Shown: one piece after another, positions 18,796-28,750 of the stretch
How positions within the stretch are numbered: position 1 is the stretch's first letter
Layout of the letters: the number at the start of each line of letters is the position of its first letter
Virus record (IMG/VR): IMGVR_UViG_3300028364_001588
Source of the DNA: a virus
DNA: 64,000 nucleotides
Strand: one strand, 5' to 3'
Program-made: the position numbers and the translations under genes
The notes under the pieces: generated by a model
What the model was told of the DNA's origin: nothing
Databases searched by the model: none
What the model saw: the letters and a program-made list of their open reading frames with translations, nothing else

Positions 18796-19710
18796 TTATT
18801 TCCAGGTTTGCTGTAAAATAGAATAGGTTGAGCCTATTCCGTGATAAAGTCTTGTTGGTTTAAAATCTGGAAATATACTTTTCATTTTTTCTATTGAAAC
18901 ATCTTTTCTAAATTGACCATCTGGCATTGTTGAATCATATTCAATTTTCATACCATCTGCTTTGCAAGCTCTGATTGCTGCTCTTGCAATATCATCAATA
19001 GAAACATTTTGTTCTGTAGCCACATTGAAGCTGTCATAAACGTTTTCATAAATACATCTTCTGATGATAGCAGCAAGGTCGTTTGAGTGCATAAACTGTC
19101 TCAACGGAGCTCCTGTTCCAAATAAAGTAATTTTTTCTTCACCAGTAGATTTTGCTTGGTGAATCTTTTTTATGAGCGCAGCAACAAAATGACTATTTTC
19201 TCCAAACTTATCGTGCTCTCCATAAAGATTGCAAGGAGTAAGGTATTGATAGTTGGTGCCGTGTTCTTTATTGCAAGCATCTATTTGAACTGCCAGGCAT
19301 CTCTTAGCGTATCCATATGAAAAGTTTGTAGGAGTCGGAGGCCCTTGGTGAAGCATCTCTTCTGTCATTGGGTATTCGTCAACTTTATCTGGATATATAC
19401 ATGTACTTAGTATTCCAATAAATCTTTCAACACCATTAAACTTAGCATACTCAACAAGGAGCGTGTTCATTAAAACATTGTCAGTAAAATAAGTGGATGG
19501 CTTTTTTATATTGTCAATTATTCCACCAACTTTTGCTGCAAGATGAATTACTATTCTTGGCTGAAGTTCTTGATACATTTGAGCAACGCCTCTTTCTGAT
19601 GTTAAGTCATAGTCTTTTGACGATAAATAAACTGCGCCTGGCATTATCTTTTTAAGCGACCTGCCAACCATCCCGCTACCACCTGTAATTACTATCTTAT
19701 TTTGTTCCAT
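18796..19710 (-). CDS. fcl: GDP-L-fucose/GDP-L-colitose synthase (Fcl/ColC family)
   Basis: TGGSGMVG, HLAAKVGGI, STCIYP, YGYAKR, PCNLYG, GTGAPLRQF, PDGQFRK. Confidence 0.92.
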   Translation of the reverse strand: MEQNKIVITGGSGMVGRSLKKIMPGAVYLSSKDYDLTSERGVAQMYQELQPRIVIHLAAKVGGIIDNIKKPSTYFTDNVLMNTLLVEYAKFNGVERFIGILSTCIYPDKVDEYPMTEEMLHQGPPTPTNFSYGYAKRCLAVQIDACNKEHGTNYQYLTPCNLYGEHDKFGENSHFVAALIKKIHQAKSTGEEKITLFGTGAPLRQFMHSNDLAAIIRRCIYENVYDSFNVATEQNVSIDDIARAAIRACKADGMKIEYDSTMPDGQFRKDVSIEKMKSIFPDFKPTRLYHGIGSTYSILQQTWK

Positions 19711-19713
19711 TTT

Positions 19714-20496
19714 TTATATTTTAATCCAACCTTCGCAATAAATATCCTTCGTATCATGAGAAGCAAGCGCTGCTCCAAACCACAAACTTGGAGCTATAAC
19801 TGTTTTTTCTAAATTTCTGTTAAGCCAAGCTCCCCACCAACTAAAAGATGAGTTACAAATTATATTATTTTTACAATGACTCATCAAATAAAGGTCTTCA
19901 TAATCTTTATTACCTTCAATAAATTTGAATTTTTCAGGTAGGTCTGGAAAGTTGCTCTTACACCATTCTATGTCATCAGAAAATATTAAGAACACAGAAT
20001 CTTTGGGCATTTTTTTAATTGCCTTCATATAGTAGTTCATACTTTGAGTGGGGTGGTGATTTGGTGACTTTAGATAATCGCCTCTTCTAACGTGAATAGA
20101 ACAAGTGTTTTCATTACTAAGAATATCTTGCATTTCTTCACTAATATCCACATCGTATGACATAAACTCTTTTCTTATGTCCTCTTCGCAGTCTTTAAAG
20201 TATTTCTCAGACTGATAATAACCAGACAAAAGCACGTTTCTATCTGGATAGTCTGGAACCTCTTGATAATGGAATCCATTTTCATTATGTTGTATTTGTG
20301 AGTTTATAGGATTAGAAAACTCTATATTTTTTAATATATTATCTTCATATGTGTCAATGCTTTTGTGTACAATAACAACTCCTTCTTTATATAAAATAAG
20401 TTCTTTGTTAAATTTTTTTGAATATGAGTATGCAACTGCTATTTGAAATAGTATGTTGCCAATTCCGCCCTGAAGGGTTGTAGTTACTTTATTCAT
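19714..20496 (-). CDS. GT11 alpha-1,2-fucosyl/colitosyltransferase (likely start 20496)
   Basis: GGIGNILFQ, GYYQSEKYF, SIHVRRGDY, FSDDIEWC, NSSFSWWGAWL. Confidence 0.92.
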   Translation of the reverse strand: MNKVTTTLQGGIGNILFQIAVAYSYSKKFNKELILYKEGVVIVHKSIDTYEDNILKNIEFSNPINSQIQHNENGFHYQEVPDYPDRNVLLSGYYQSEKYFKDCEEDIRKEFMSYDVDISEEMQDILSNENTCSIHVRRGDYLKSPNHHPTQSMNYYMKAIKKMPKDSVFLIFSDDIEWCKSNFPDLPEKFKFIEGNKDYEDLYLMSHCKNNIICNSSFSWWGAWLNRNLEKTVIAPSLWFGAALASHDTKDIYCEGWIKI

Positions 20497-20558
20497 TGTT
20501 TTTAAAATATTCATCAAATTTTTCCTTTTTTCTATTCAACTGTATATTAGAATTTTTA

Positions 20559-20999
20559 TATATAATATCAATATCTTTAAGATTGTTAATACCATCATCT
20601 TCAAGGTCAATAATATTAACATTTCCCATTTCCATTCCATTTTTTTTTCACAAAAACGATTTAGTTATATTGAGGTCGTTATATGGAATTGGATTTGCGT
20701 TACTATGTTGACCACAGGCCTCTTTTCTTATCAAACTCTTTACCATTGAAATCTGCTAAATAAAACTTTGTGTCAGATAAGCTCTCCATATGATTAAAAT
20801 AAACACTTGTTCTACCGATTCCAGCTCCAATATCTAAAATAGATTTTGGCTTAGATTTGAATATAAAGCCTTTAACACACTGATACTCATCTTCACTTCT
20901 TTCAGTATATTGTTTGTCAGACTTATTTATTTGAAGATGCTTCAAGTCATCCATTAATTCCTGATTATCACTCTCGAAGTTAAATTTAAAATTACTCAT
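20559..20999 (-). pseudogene. Class I SAM-dependent methyltransferase pseudogene
   Basis: ILDIGAGIGR motif I; homopolymer frameshifts at ~20724, ~20654 and ~20645 link EACGQH..PYNDLNITKSF and NGME..LKDIDIIY; C-terminus lost. Confidence 0.7.
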
Positions 21000-22122
21000 T
21001 TTCATTGTATATATGATTAACATCAGCTCTACTAACAGCAAGTCTAACTGCTGGAGTTTCTCCGATGGCGGTTATTTTGTGTTTCTTTCCTTTTTCTATA
21101 AACACAAGGTCTCCTTCTTTTACTATAATTTCTCTACCTTCAACAGTCCATTTCCATTCTCCGCCAAGAATATACCACCATTCATTCCAATTGTCATGAT
21201 AATGCATTCTATTGCCTTCTCCTGGCATTTGACTTATTAAGGTAGCACTGTTGTTTTCTGTATCAACCAAACGTTTACTCCACGATTCATTCTTTGGATT
21301 GTTTTCTATAATCTCTACAACGCTCACACGTTCATTATTAACATCAAAAAGGTCGTTATTAACAACTCCATCTTTTGCAAGAATACTTGGAACGTCTACT
21401 TCAATTCTCTCTTTATTTTCTGAGTCGTAATATTCTGGCTCTGCAGGTTCTATTTTAATTGCAGAAGCAACCACTTCAGCTATAACAAAATCTTCTTCAT
21501 TATCAACATCAATAGTTGAATATCCGTCAAGCTCATAATATCCAGTACTACGACAACTCCCATGATATGCTGAGCCGAAAGTAGCCATGTCATTTACAAA
21601 CTCTTTAGAGTTCCAGGCCATCAAAGCTGTTGCATATATTTTAACTGGAACTACCTCTTGAGACGGAGGTAATGGTAAAGTTCTATCAAAGTTTATCGCT
21701 TCATCGCCATAAACACAGCTTATTTGAGCGTGTTTAACTGAAATCATGGTTTTGTAATCACCATCTTCCATTGCTTCAACAAAACCTTGAATATCTTCTG
21801 GAGTTACAAAAGGCGAAGTAGGCAATAGTTGATATAAGGTTTCGCACTCGATGTTCTCAATAAAGTCAAGAGCAAAATCATCATTAGTAGCTGTATCACT
21901 TGCATGAATATCTGGTCTTTTATAAAACTTAATACCGTACTCATTAGCAATTTTCTCAAAAACATCTGACTCTGAATTAAGATATATTTCATCAAAACAA
22001 CCAGATGCTTTTGCAGCTTCAATTATATAAGCAATCATAGGCTTTCCGTCAATTATACGAAGATTTTTTCTCTTAACTCTTTTGCTGCCCATCCTGGCTG
22101 GTATCATTGCTACTCTTTTCAT
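20992..22122 (-). CDS. NeuA/KdsB-family cytidylyltransferase fused to a cupin domain
   Basis: IPARMGSKRVKRKN, PTSPF, IDVDNEEDF; C-terminal HYH...EWWYILGG...KHKI cupin. Confidence 0.88.
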   Translation of the reverse strand: MKRVAMIPARMGSKRVKRKNLRIIDGKPMIAYIIEAAKASGCFDEIYLNSESDVFEKIANEYGIKFYKRPDIHASDTATNDDFALDFIENIECETLYQLLPTSPFVTPEDIQGFVEAMEDGDYKTMISVKHAQISCVYGDEAINFDRTLPLPPSQEVVPVKIYATALMAWNSKEFVNDMATFGSAYHGSCRSTGYYELDGYSTIDVDNEEDFVIAEVVASAIKIEPAEPEYYDSENKERIEVDVPSILAKDGVVNNDLFDVNNERVSVVEIIENNPKNESWSKRLVDTENNSATLISQMPGEGNRMHYHDNWNEWWYILGGEWKWTVEGREIIVKEGDLVFIEKGKKHKITAIGETPAVRLAVSRADVNHIYNENE

Positions 22123-23244
22123 TTATTTTTGTTTAGAATATTCTCTTAAAATATTTTTAAATTCATCATCTGGACGCACCTCTTGTTTGAAAACGTATCC
22201 AGGTTCTTTAGAAAGAATAAGGCCCAAGTGTGTCTGAGTGTTCTTTTTATCTTTCTTCAATAACTCTATAAATCTATCTAAAAAGTAATCATTTGAGTTA
22301 TAAAAATCAATCATAACTTCTTTAATATATGTTCCTCCCCAAAAGTTTTTAAGAAAACTATTGGATTTCAAATAAGTTTCTTCATTTGATATTCCTATTT
22401 TCCACGAAACATAGTTAGCCATATCCATTCCATGAACCACAGCAATACCATGAGGAACTCCATAATTCGTTAAAGATTCGATAACGTGACCAAAAGAATG
22501 TCCATAGTTAAACACAAGCCTTGGCCCTTTGTCGAACTCATCAATTTCAACCATTCGCTTCTTTATGCGAAGAGATTGTGTAATAACTTCATCAAGTCTA
22601 TTTCTATCACTGTGAGCTTCTTTAAAAAACTCAAGTTCAAAACCTCCTTGAATCATAAAATAATGAGCCATTTCTCCTAATCCAGATATTATCTGATTTC
22701 CTGGAAGTGTACTTAAAAAATTTGTGTCAATGATGATTTGATGAGGTGGATAGAATCCTCCAAGTTGATTTTTGTAATTACCAAAGTTTATTGATGATTT
22801 GCCGCCAATACAACTATCTCCTTGAGCAAGAAGAGTTGTAGGATAAAACACCCAGTCTACACCCCTATATAGAGTAGATGCTATAAATCCAGATATATCT
22901 TGAACTACTCCACCTCCAATAGCTATTATTTTATTTCCTTTTCTAAATCCAGACTCAATTATCTCTCCAACACACTTGCCTACTTCTGAATATTCTTTGC
23001 TTTTTTCAGACACATCAACTACAACTTTCTTGTGAGCCCCAAGAATACCTTGGCCATTAGAGTTCTCAAGCCAATATAAAAATTCTTTCATATTACCATG
23101 TTCACTCTGGTCATATATAGACTTATCTATTATGATTACATCACCATCGCTAATTAAACTTCTAATGCTATCATAAAAGCCTTCAAACCTTACTTCGTAG
23201 TCATGAATGCTCGACTTTATTTTAAACGACTGTAAATCCTCCAT
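22123..23244 (-). CDS. 3-dehydroquinate synthase-like sugar-phosphate cyclase
   Basis: IGGGVVQD, RG..W..YPTTLLAQGDSCIGGK, KNQLG.FYPP, NYGHSFGH, HGIAV, KDKKN. Confidence 0.88.
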   Translation of the reverse strand: MEDLQSFKIKSSIHDYEVRFEGFYDSIRSLISDGDVIIIDKSIYDQSEHGNMKEFLYWLENSNGQGILGAHKKVVVDVSEKSKEYSEVGKCVGEIIESGFRKGNKIIAIGGGVVQDISGFIASTLYRGVDWVFYPTTLLAQGDSCIGGKSSINFGNYKNQLGGFYPPHQIIIDTNFLSTLPGNQIISGLGEMAHYFMIQGGFELEFFKEAHSDRNRLDEVITQSLRIKKRMVEIDEFDKGPRLVFNYGHSFGHVIESLTNYGVPHGIAVVHGMDMANYVSWKIGISNEETYLKSNSFLKNFWGGTYIKEVMIDFYNSNDYFLDRFIELLKKDKKNTQTHLGLILSKEPGYVFKQEVRPDDEFKNILREYSKQK

Positions 23245-23923
23245 CTACGATAATGTTTTGACCTGTTATATATGTATTTTCCTTGCTGCACATAAAACAA
23301 ACAACATTAGCCATTTCTTCTACTTCAGCAAGTCTTCCGAGAGGAATCTTAGAAGCATACCCATCCATCTCTTCCTGAGAAAGAGATTCTTTAGTTAAGT
23401 CCGTAAGCGTAAATCCAGGAGACACACAATTAACAAGGATGTTATCTGGGCCAAGCTCAATAGAAAGAGCTCTGGTCATGCCAGTAAGCCCTGCTTTTGT
23501 TGTTGAATAAAGACTTCTCTTTTCTCTCGATGTGACGCTCATTATTGATGATATATTAACAATGTGTCCACTACCTCTTTTTTTCATAGAGATAGCAGCT
23601 GCCTTGCACAAAAAATATGGAGCCTTTAAGTTAACATCAAAAAGTCCATCATAATCTTCTACGCTAACTTCTGGAATTAATTTTATATTATTAATTCCTG
23701 CGTTGTTTATTAAGACATCAATCTCTAAACCCTCAAGCTCTTTGAAAAATCTTGGAGAAGTATAGTATGGATTAGAGAAGTTCATTCGAATATACTGAAA
23801 ACCTTCAATATCTGGGTCTTCTCCAGTGCCAGTTATGATAACATCACAACCGTTTGCTTTGAATTGGTCTGCAATAGCTCTTCCAATACCTCTTGTGCCG
23901 CCTGTAACAAGAACTGTTCTCAT
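23222..23923 (-). CDS. Short-chain dehydrogenase/reductase (FabG-like)
   Basis: TGGTRGIG, NNAG, YSTTK, VSPG, ITGQNIIVDGG. Confidence 0.92.
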   Translation of the reverse strand: MRTVLVTGGTRGIGRAIADQFKANGCDVIITGTGEDPDIEGFQYIRMNFSNPYYTSPRFFKELEGLEIDVLINNAGINNIKLIPEVSVEDYDGLFDVNLKAPYFLCKAAAISMKKRGSGHIVNISSIMSVTSREKRSLYSTTKAGLTGMTRALSIELGPDNILVNCVSPGFTLTDLTKESLSQEEMDGYASKIPLGRLAEVEEMANVVCFMCSKENTYITGQNIIVDGGFTVV

Positions 23924-23926
23924 TTC

Positions 23927-24553
23927 TTATTCTTCTGTACTCTTATCATCAAGAGGTCTTGACAATGGTTGAGATACACTTTTTCTCATTCTCTCCGCCT
24001 TAATAGTTGGACATTTAGCGCCACAAGCATGAATAAGCTGGTAGAAAAGTACAAGTGTTAAAATCTCTGTTGTGTGAAAATATTCTGTATCAAAAGTAAG
24101 CTCATGAACCCCTTCTGGTAATACATCAGAACGCTGTCCAGAAATCATTGCAGCCTTATAACCATGTTGTTTAGCCCAATAAAGAGCAGACACTACGTTT
24201 TTCGATGTTCCAGAACATGAAAGACCTACTACAAGAGCGTCTTTGCTAATTTTATCAGTCTTTTCAAAAAGACCTAACCATTCAACAAATAAATTGTTAA
24301 ACCCATAGTCATTAGCAACAGATGTCATCATACACTGACTTTCCATTGTATATACCATCTTTTTTATATCGGCTTTAGCAAACAATCTATTACAATCGTC
24401 TGCAGCATGATTACCTACAGCCCAAAGACCTCCGTTTGCAACAACGTAAACTTCGCTGCTTTCTTTAAACATTTTCAAAAATTCTTTGTATTCTTCTGTT
24501 TCCAAAGTATTCGCAAACCTTTCTTCAAAGTTCTCAAAATCAAGATGTTTCAT
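23927..24553 (-). CDS. SIS-domain phosphosugar isomerase (GmhA-like)
   Basis: ANGG....NHAADD, ANDYG, LSCSGTSKNV. Confidence 0.8.
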   Translation of the reverse strand: MKHLDFENFEERFANTLETEEYKEFLKMFKESSEVYVVANGGLWAVGNHAADDCNRLFAKADIKKMVYTMESQCMMTSVANDYGFNNLFVEWLGLFEKTDKISKDALVVGLSCSGTSKNVVSALYWAKQHGYKAAMISGQRSDVLPEGVHELTFDTEYFHTTEILTLVLFYQLIHACGAKCPTIKAERMRKSVSQPLSRPLDDKSTEE

Positions 24554-24632
24554 AATTTTTATATTTTTTATATTTTTTATATTTTATTTTATCAAAAATA
24601 CTAAAAAAAAAAGTACGAACCAAATGTATTTG

Positions 24633-25385
24633 TTATTTATCTACAAATAATTCATCAAATTCTACGTATTCTAAAAACTCATTTATTGGAGAATCTGGTG
24701 AACTTGATATAATTTCAAAATCAGGTATACTTTTTTGTTGCTCTGAGAAAAGCTTCCAGTAGTGCGTGCCTGCGTGATAAGTGTCTTTTCCTTGGTTTAC
24801 TCCCTCTTTGAACGTTTTAATATCAAAGTAGTCTGGTCGAAAATGACTTAAATCCTCGTTTGAAGCAACGCTTGCGCTTCTACTAACATATTTAGCATCC
24901 ACACCCAAAAGAACTACTCTTTTATATCCAAGAGAACGAGCGACATCCACAGCGCATGCTCCAGCGTTTCCACAGAAGCTAACCCTCTTTCCATCAAGTT
25001 CATGACTCGTATCTTTGGTGGTTTTTAAAAGACTCCCACTTCCGCAGTCAGATATTCTGACTATTTTTTCTCCATTTTCTGACCTCATTTTATCAACCCA
25101 TCCCGACATTTTGTAAGGATTGCCAAGGTGTTTCATTATGAAAAGCTTTTTAATATCTCTTTCTTTTATTATGCTTTCTATATCTTTGTGAATTGTTTTT
25201 ATCAACTTAGAGTCTATAATAAGATAATAAGTTGGAGTGAACCCCCAGTCATCATAAGCAATATACTGTCTATTCATACTAATCGTATTTTGACCAGCCA
25301 GTTTAGACATATCTATTTTGTTTAAGCTTTTTCCACTGCCTATGATAAAAACAGTATCCTTATTTGCTATCTTATCGTTTTTCAT
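24633..25385 (-). CDS. DUF115/Maf-like (CMP-sugar transferase-like) protein, paralog 1
   Basis: FIIGSGKSL, MNR, GYKRVVLLGVD, HF.PDYF. Confidence 0.7.
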   Translation of the reverse strand: MKNDKIANKDTVFIIGSGKSLNKIDMSKLAGQNTISMNRQYIAYDDWGFTPTYYLIIDSKLIKTIHKDIESIIKERDIKKLFIMKHLGNPYKMSGWVDKMRSENGEKIVRISDCGSGSLLKTTKDTSHELDGKRVSFCGNAGACAVDVARSLGYKRVVLLGVDAKYVSRSASVASNEDLSHFRPDYFDIKTFKEGVNQGKDTYHAGTHYWKLFSEQQKSIPDFEIISSSPDSPINEFLEYVEFDELFVDK

Positions 25386-25390
25386 AATAT

Positions 25391-26119
25391 TTAAAATAAT
25401 TCATCAAACTCTATATATTCTAAGAACTCATTTATTGGAGAACCTGGAGAGCTTGATATAATTTCAAAATCAGGCATGCTTTTTTGTTGCTCTGAGAAAA
25501 GCTTCCAATACTTTGTGCCTGAATTAACTCCATCTGGACCCTGATGTACTCCTTGCTTAAAAGTGTTAACATCAAAATAGTCAGAACGAAAGTGACTCAA
25601 ATCCTTATTGGCCTTAACACTTTCTTTTCTGTCAGTGTATTTAGCGTCTATTCCTAATAGTACAACTTTTTTGTATCCAAGAGAACGAGCGACCTCTACA
25701 GAACAAGCGCCAGCATTGCCATCAAATCCCATTCTTTTATTGTCTAAGTCAGGTCCTGATGTTACAAATCTTTCGCTTCCACCTGTGTGTATTTTCACTA
25801 TCTTATCGCCTTTTTCTTTTTTCATTATATCAATCCATGCTGCCATTTGATTCTGTGGATGATGCATGATGAAAAATTTTTTAATATCTGACTCTTCTTT
25901 TATTAATTTCTCCACGTCTTTGTGAATCGTATTTATTAGTTGAGCATCTATAATAAGGTAGTAAGTTGGAATAAATCCCCAGTCATCATAAGCAATGTAC
26001 TGTCTATTCATACTAATCGTGTTGTGATTAGCCAATTTAGACATATCCACTTTATTTAGACTATTGCCACTGCCAATAATAAAAACAGTGTCTTTGTCTG
26101 CTATTTTTTTATTCTCCAT
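25391..26119 (-). CDS. DUF115/Maf-like protein, paralog 2
   Basis: Same motifs; tandem duplicate of 24633-25385. Confidence 0.7.
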   Translation of the reverse strand: MENKKIADKDTVFIIGSGNSLNKVDMSKLANHNTISMNRQYIAYDDWGFIPTYYLIIDAQLINTIHKDVEKLIKEESDIKKFFIMHHPQNQMAAWIDIMKKEKGDKIVKIHTGGSERFVTSGPDLDNKRMGFDGNAGACSVEVARSLGYKKVVLLGIDAKYTDRKESVKANKDLSHFRSDYFDVNTFKQGVHQGPDGVNSGTKYWKLFSEQQKSMPDFEIISSSPGSPINEFLEYIEFDELF

Positions 26120-26130
26120 CTCTTTTTAAT

Positions 26131-26868
26131 TTATAAACTTGTGATTTGTTTAAAAATATCACTTTTTACTTTGTTATTTATTTTACGCATTTCTTCAATA
26201 TCACTTTCTGTTATCTTCCTGTTCTTATATTGTTCATAGTTAAACGTTTCAATTCCATTTTGACATTCCACTTGTAATCCACAAAAAAGCATTTCCAAAT
26301 ATTTTGCTTTGTTTTGATATGCTACCTCTCCAGCCTCTCCCTTCCCCTCGCTTGTCACGTAACCTTTTGAGTGCATAGATGCCATGTAATAAACATCTTT
26401 AATAGTGTTTCCTCTAATGTGCTTGCACTTATCTGGAAATGTCCTTCCAAATAACTTGTGACCAAAATAACACTGTTTCCCATTACGTTCGTTGTTAAAA
26501 ACTGGAAAAGGTGTTTCTGACAAGTAGAAATCGGATATGTATGTATGAACTGAGAATCTATCTTTATATTTTTTATCAAACAATATAAACATATCAACCA
26601 GTTCTTCAGCAACAAGTGTATCGACAAATGGAAACCTTGACTCATCATAAAATAAGGAAATAATTTTAATACCCTGCTCTTTAGCTGATTTCACTTCTTC
26701 TTTTCTTCTGCCTATTAATTCTGGCATGTCTATGAAAAGCCAATATTTAGTTCCATCAAGAGTTTGTCCCTTATCTTCATAAAAGTCAGAAGGATACATT
26801 GAGCTAAGTCCATGAAAACCATGAACTTTATTAAACTCGAAACCTCCATCAAATGTGCATTTAATCAT
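26131..26868 (-). CDS. Hypothetical protein, possibly a degenerate GT-B glycosyltransferase
   Basis: NKAKYLEMLFCG resembles the GT-B K..E...CG motif; located in the glycan island. Confidence 0.4.
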   Translation of the reverse strand: MIKCTFDGGFEFNKVHGFHGLSSMYPSDFYEDKGQTLDGTKYWLFIDMPELIGRRKEEVKSAKEQGIKIISLFYDESRFPFVDTLVAEELVDMFILFDKKYKDRFSVHTYISDFYLSETPFPVFNNERNGKQCYFGHKLFGRTFPDKCKHIRGNTIKDVYYMASMHSKGYVTSEGKGEAGEVAYQNKAKYLEMLFCGLQVECQNGIETFNYEQYKNRKITESDIEEMRKINNKVKSDIFKQITSL

Positions 26869-26889
26869 AATGTAATTTTTATAGTATTT

Positions 26890-27786
26890 TTAATCTGTAG
26901 ATTCTATGTTTTTTTTCATTATTTCATAAGTCTTTTCAAAACCTTCTTTCAAAGAGTGCTCAGGCTCCCATCCAGTTAAATCTTTCAATAAAGTCACGTC
27001 AGCAACAAACTCCATAACACCATCTACATCTCTATTTAGCGAAACTATTTCTTTGCCAGAAATTTCTTCAATAATATTAGTAATATCTTCAATCGAAGAC
27101 ATCGAACCACTGCCTAAATTTAACATACCTACATAATCTGTATCCAAAAGTCTTACAATAGCACTTGCTGCATCTGAAGTGAAAATAAAATCTCTCTTTG
27201 GCTTTTTTGACCAAACAGATGGATTCTCCTTAGTTAATACATCTTTTATTAGAGTAGGAACTAAGTCTGGCCTTATTAAAGATGTGTCTCCATAAATGTT
27301 GCACAATCTTATATTTACTATTGGAACTTCTTTCTTATAAAACTCAACAACCTGCTCAGCTAAAAACTTGCTAAAAATGTATTCATTTTGATATGGATGA
27401 AGCTCATCTGATTCATTAACTGGCCTTCCCTTGGGTTCGTTTCCATATAGCAATATACTTGTAAAGCACACAAACTTGTCTATGTTTCTATTCTTCATAT
27501 AGTGCAAAACTTTCTTAAGAGGAATTACATTATAGTCAAGCCCCATCGTACAGCTTGCATTTATTTCGTGGTGATTTGAATTCCCTATTAGGAATATAAC
27601 ATTATCAAACTCAACATCATCAAGTAAATGTAGGCTATCCATATCAGGCACATGAATGTGTTCGTTTTCAATTTTAGAACCTGGTTGAGAAGGGTGATTT
27701 CTACCAACGGAAACAATCTCTGGATAGTCTCTAAGAAAGATGTGTCCAAGAAATCCGCTTCCTCCGAATAATATTGTTTTTTTCAT
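26890..27786 (-). CDS. NAD-dependent nucleotide-sugar epimerase/dehydratase
   Basis: GGSGFLG, YIFSK, RLCNIYG, RDFIF, NLGSG. Confidence 0.88.
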   Translation of the reverse strand: MKKTILFGGSGFLGHIFLRDYPEIVSVGRNHPSQPGSKIENEHIHVPDMDSLHLLDDVEFDNVIFLIGNSNHHEINASCTMGLDYNVIPLKKVLHYMKNRNIDKFVCFTSILLYGNEPKGRPVNESDELHPYQNEYIFSKFLAEQVVEFYKKEVPIVNIRLCNIYGDTSLIRPDLVPTLIKDVLTKENPSVWSKKPKRDFIFTSDAASAIVRLLDTDYVGMLNLGSGSMSSIEDITNIIEEISGKEIVSLNRDVDGVMEFVADVTLLKDLTGWEPEHSLKEGFEKTYEIMKKNIESTD

Positions 27787-27792
27787 AATGAT

Positions 27793-28002
27793 TTATTTAT
27801 ATGATTTAAGTTTCTCAAACTCTTCTTCTGTCAATTTGAATTCTGTTATAAATTCATCAATTATTATTTCTGAATTTGAATTATAGTATGTATTATAAAT
27901 TCTTTCTCCTACTTGTATTTTACAACCAGACGTAGACCTTAGTGACATTTCAAGCAATTCTTTGTTAGAAAAGTTTGTGTTATTTTTTTCTATTTTCTCC
28001 AT
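27793..28002 (-). CDS. Hypothetical protein
   Basis: Small ORF filling the operon gap. Confidence 0.4.
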   Translation of the reverse strand: MEKIEKNNTNFSNKELLEMSLRSTSGCKIQVGERIYNTYYNSNSEIIIDEFITEFKLTEEEFEKLKSYK

Positions 28003-28003
28003 G

Positions 28004-28750
28004 TTATTTATATGTTTTAATTTTTTTTAAAAAAGGTTTATTAGCAACTTCCTTATGAACACTCCACTGTAGCTGCTGGTCTACTTTGTCATCGCTAATA
28101 GGGTTATCTCTATTGTAGATATAAAGTATTGTATCATTAAACACTGTTTTCTCATGTCCAGCCATTTCTAAAATTGGAAACATGATAACAGTATCATAAG
28201 AACTTTTATAAAAATCTCCACTTTTATCTTTTAGTCCAGAGAAATTCTCATCCTGCTCTTCCATTGATTGATACAAACCTGCTCTGAAAGTTCTTAGGTG
28301 AGACACTTTAAATGGAATGTTTCTAATATTAGAAAATTCTTCTGGAGAATATGCTCTTGCAAATCCTCTTTGACCATTTGTCCAATTTGCTTGACCATAC
28401 ATAATCCAACAATCCTCTTCTTTGTATTGTTCATCAATATAGGAAAGAACTTTTTTATTTGGAAACCAATCATCTCCATCCAAAAGCACAACTATGTCAT
28501 CTGGGTCACAATGGTCCATAATAGCGTTGTGAATATTTTCAAGAGCTGTCTTACGAACTTCATTCTTAATTATAGTTGCCCTGTCATCATCATGAGGTAG
28601 TTTATCATAAGAGCCATCTGTTGACATATCATCAATGAAAATAACTTCATAGTTATCATATTTCTGTGACATTGCTGTAGCAACACATTTCTCTAAAAAT
28701 TCTCCTGGGTTGTAAAAAGGTGTGATTACCTTCATTCTATTATTGCTCAT
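28004..28750 (-). CDS. GT2 glycosyltransferase
   Basis: ITPFYN, IDDMSTDGS, LDGDDW. Confidence 0.88.
   Translation of the reverse strand: MSNNRMKVITPFYNPGEFLEKCVATAMSQKYDNYEVIFIDDMSTDGSYDKLPHDDDRATIIKNEVRKTALENIHNAIMDHCDPDDIVVLLDGDDWFPNKKVLSYIDEQYKEEDCWIMYGQANWTNGQRGFARAYSPEEFSNIRNIPFKVSHLRTFRAGLYQSMEEQDENFSGLKDKSGDFYKSSYDTVIMFPILEMAGHEKTVFNDTILYIYNRDNPISDDKVDQQLQWSVHKEVANKPFLKKIKTYK

Noticed and set aside
13117-20999. Stop-codon reassignment explaining the broken ORFs
   Set aside because: The breaks are frameshifts, not in-frame stops, and conserved long genes translate intact with code 11.
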